Positions 61,561 to 64,000 of a DNA stretch of 64,000 bases are shown piece by piece. Position 1 is the first letter of the stretch. The number at the start of each line of letters is the position of its first letter. The notes beneath the pieces were generated by a model. The model made no database searches. It saw only the letters and a list, made by a program, of their open reading frames with translations, and was not told the origin of the DNA. A program made the translations under genes and the position numbers. Source of the stretch: Takakia lepidozioides (Eukaryota > Plantae > Bryophyta); assembly GCA_030704615.1 (NCBI GenBank), contig CM060734.1:51646001-51710000 (forward strand). Direction: 5' to 3'.

Positions 61561-63588
61561 AGGGATGTGAATTGGTATCACATTAAGTCTGCAGCTAGAT
61601 TGAAATTCCGCTGATCTGTCTAAGTCCACTCAATGTCTCCACACAGATTGCGAACCAGCACTCTCCTGATCTTCCAACAATCTGTTTGAGGTCTGCCCAG
61701 TTCAATACGTTACTTCTGCAATATCGTTGAACCCCCTACGGGTTCTGCCTCTGATAGGGTTCTGCTTCTGTAGGCTTCTATCGTCTTCTATCAGGATGCT
61801 GCATAGCCTCTAGCTGGCTATAGAGATAGGGTTCTTGACCCTGTGTGTACGGATGCACCTCTATTGTAGTCCTTAGAATAGGAAGTCGATCTGGCTATAA
61901 TCATAAGCTTTGCTTAAGTTAGCTTTCCCACATATTGTTCGCAGTAGTTTACAAATTCTTGAATATTCCATCTGCTTTTTGGCAGGCCAATTGAGGTGTC
62001 TTCGTATCTTCCTGTGGCAGCCCTTGTGGGAGCTTCCGATCCGGATTGCGAATGAATTCCTTCTAGACTTGTCTGGCGCGCTCTCTGCCACTACGGTTTC
62101 GTGGGTCCTTGCTCCTACTATTTTGCAGCTGGGAAAGCCTGCCAGGTGCTGCTTCACTGCTTGAAAAAGTCAGCATTCTGTTCGGAGAGCACCATGTACC
62201 GGAATGTATCCATCGGCAAGACTGTATTGAAGGTCAAGGGCGACGGCGCTGTAGCTGGGCCCCACTGCCACGCTGCTGCCTTCCCACACAACGCAGACTC
62301 GCACAATGCAGCCCACTGCTGCTTTTGCCTCATCATCAAAAGCTTATCGTGCCACAACTCGATAACGGTGTACATCATCATCACCGTACTGGAAACCTGG
62401 AGCTGACCCTGTACCGACGTCCTGCAAGTGATTGATGCACGGAATATCTCAGGAATCTGAGATGACGAGTCTAGACTCTAGATCCTGTTGATCATCAATG
62501 ATGGCCTGCCATGCTCTTAATCTAGTGTGAATAAAAGCTGCCACTCTGCACTGCCCTGCTTCTACCCATCTACATACAATCTCCTTCATCACGCCTCTTT
62601 GTTTCGCACTTGCCGAACGCGAAGAGGCATTAGATGAATAGGCAAAGGGGAATTAGTGGGCTTGTGAGGGATCCAATGATCATGAATCGCCTTGGTTATC
62701 GTTGCATGCTCCGTTGCTGCTCCTGGCAGCACTGTTGCAAATCCAGATCACATGCAACTGGCCTCAACTGAATGCTGCACTAAATGAGCGCGTCAGCAAC
62801 CTTCAAGGACCACAAACAGTATAGTAAATATCTTCACAGCCCTAGCTTTCTATGGCGGAGTGACAGCAAAAAAGCCAAACTGATATGAGATTCCGGCCGA
62901 TTCCACTGCTCAGCACACAGAATTTAGCCCAAATGCTTTCCCTCGAGCTCGGACCGTCAATATCCAGGAAAATTCCAGGATTGCTTCAACTAAGCGGAGC
63001 ACCCACAAAAAAGGAATACCTAACTTACTGATCTCATCACCCTCAAATGTGCAAATGGATACACATGCCTCCAAGTACCAGCAAGTGATTAAGGCAGTCA
63101 GGGCTTTTATGTGCGTAGAGTCAAGACGCACTTTAATGTTGGCTATTCCTGGTGAGATCCACATGAATGCAGTTCATCAACAGTGTTTGCATGGGCTTTC
63201 ACAAGATGCAAGATGGATTTGGCGGTGGCACGGTGCTCCAAGAAAAAGATGGTTTCCTTTGACACGTCTCCCCACGCAGCCGTGTCCGAGCTGTTTGCTT
63301 ACTTCCATGCCTTCAAAGTTCAGCTCCGATCTCACTCTTATTATAGTCACACAGGGTGGCGGCTGCGCAGCTGCCGAGCAGTTTGCCAGGCAGGTGTCAC
63401 TTGTGGATCCCTCTGTGAAGGGCTGCTGCTGAGGACAGCTGAGGACAGCCCACCTTGACAATCCTCTCCCAGGGGGGGATTACGACTGTCAAATTTTCCC
63501 CACCCCCTTTTCATTGAACCCCACTCCTGCCCCGCCTTCATCCCCTTGCTGGTCCCCCCATTAGTTGGTGCCCTTTGAGAACCAACTT

Positions 63589-63700
63589 GTAGCCCAGTGG
63601 TAATGCACACATACCACCTCGGAAGTGGTTGTGGGTTCATTCCAACCGAAGCTAGTACCCGCCCATGAAAGGATGGTTCCTACATATGGATTTGAAGAAA
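63589..63700 (+). mobile_element. tRNA-derived SINE head related to the 41709 SINE, with a different body
   Basis: gtagcccagtggtaat...taccacctcggaagtggttgtgggttcattcc aligns without gaps to 41708-41762. The 3' boundary is uncertain. Confidence 0.7.
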
Positions 63701-64000
63701 CAATTCGATAATTTTTGTGTTTACTTTTTGACTGAGAAATGTCATTTGGTCACAATTATTTCACTAGTCTGTTGGTAGATTACTCATGGCCACTTTAGAC
63801 TATGGACCAAGACCAAAAAGACGCAGACTAATTTGAAGCAAATTGGTCTACATCTTGGTCCCCATATGCATATTAAAATATTACTATCATAGGGACCAAA
63901 GTTGGTGTGTGAAAATGCCTTGGAACACGCCTCTCATTTTAAGATAATAGGGTCTTCAATGGGCACGTGCGATGTGGCCGGTGGGCCCCGCGCACGGACG

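Noticed and set aside
61870-63460. Coding gene in the overlapping short ORFs
   Set aside because: No coherent exon chain or motif; possibly decayed retroelement sequence, but this cannot be supported by eye.

Overview
Eukaryotic nuclear DNA from a land plant, most likely a bryophyte or moss (inferred from PLS-DYW editing factors, spliced plant genes and the transposon families present). There are five apparently intact genes: an intronless AIG1-like GTPase with an N-terminal Rossmann-like domain (1838-3157), two PLS-class PPR-E-DYW RNA-editing factors (27874-29877 on minus, 49980-52568 on plus), an MBD8-like MBD/C2H2/PHD chromatin gene (44019-47215, minus) and an 8-exon LpxK (55315-59434). 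Between them lie at least five PPR/DYW pseudogenes and a dense transposon nest: CACTA ends, Harbinger-like and MULE remnants, MITEs, a 7-kb non-LTR retroelement and tRNA-derived SINEs. Three observations stand out. (1) A duplicated DYW deaminase module lost all its PPR repeats and was joined in frame to an OB-fold-like ORF, then was split by the 7-kb retroelement. (2) That retroelement and a neighbouring SINE end in the same predicted RNA architecture (hairpin-AGUA-hairpin-GAAG, then hairpin-CGUCA). (3) The retroelement carries a PCIF1-like methyltransferase-fold remnant. All domain calls are by-eye motif recognition; no searches were run. Most short ORFs in the supplied track are noise.
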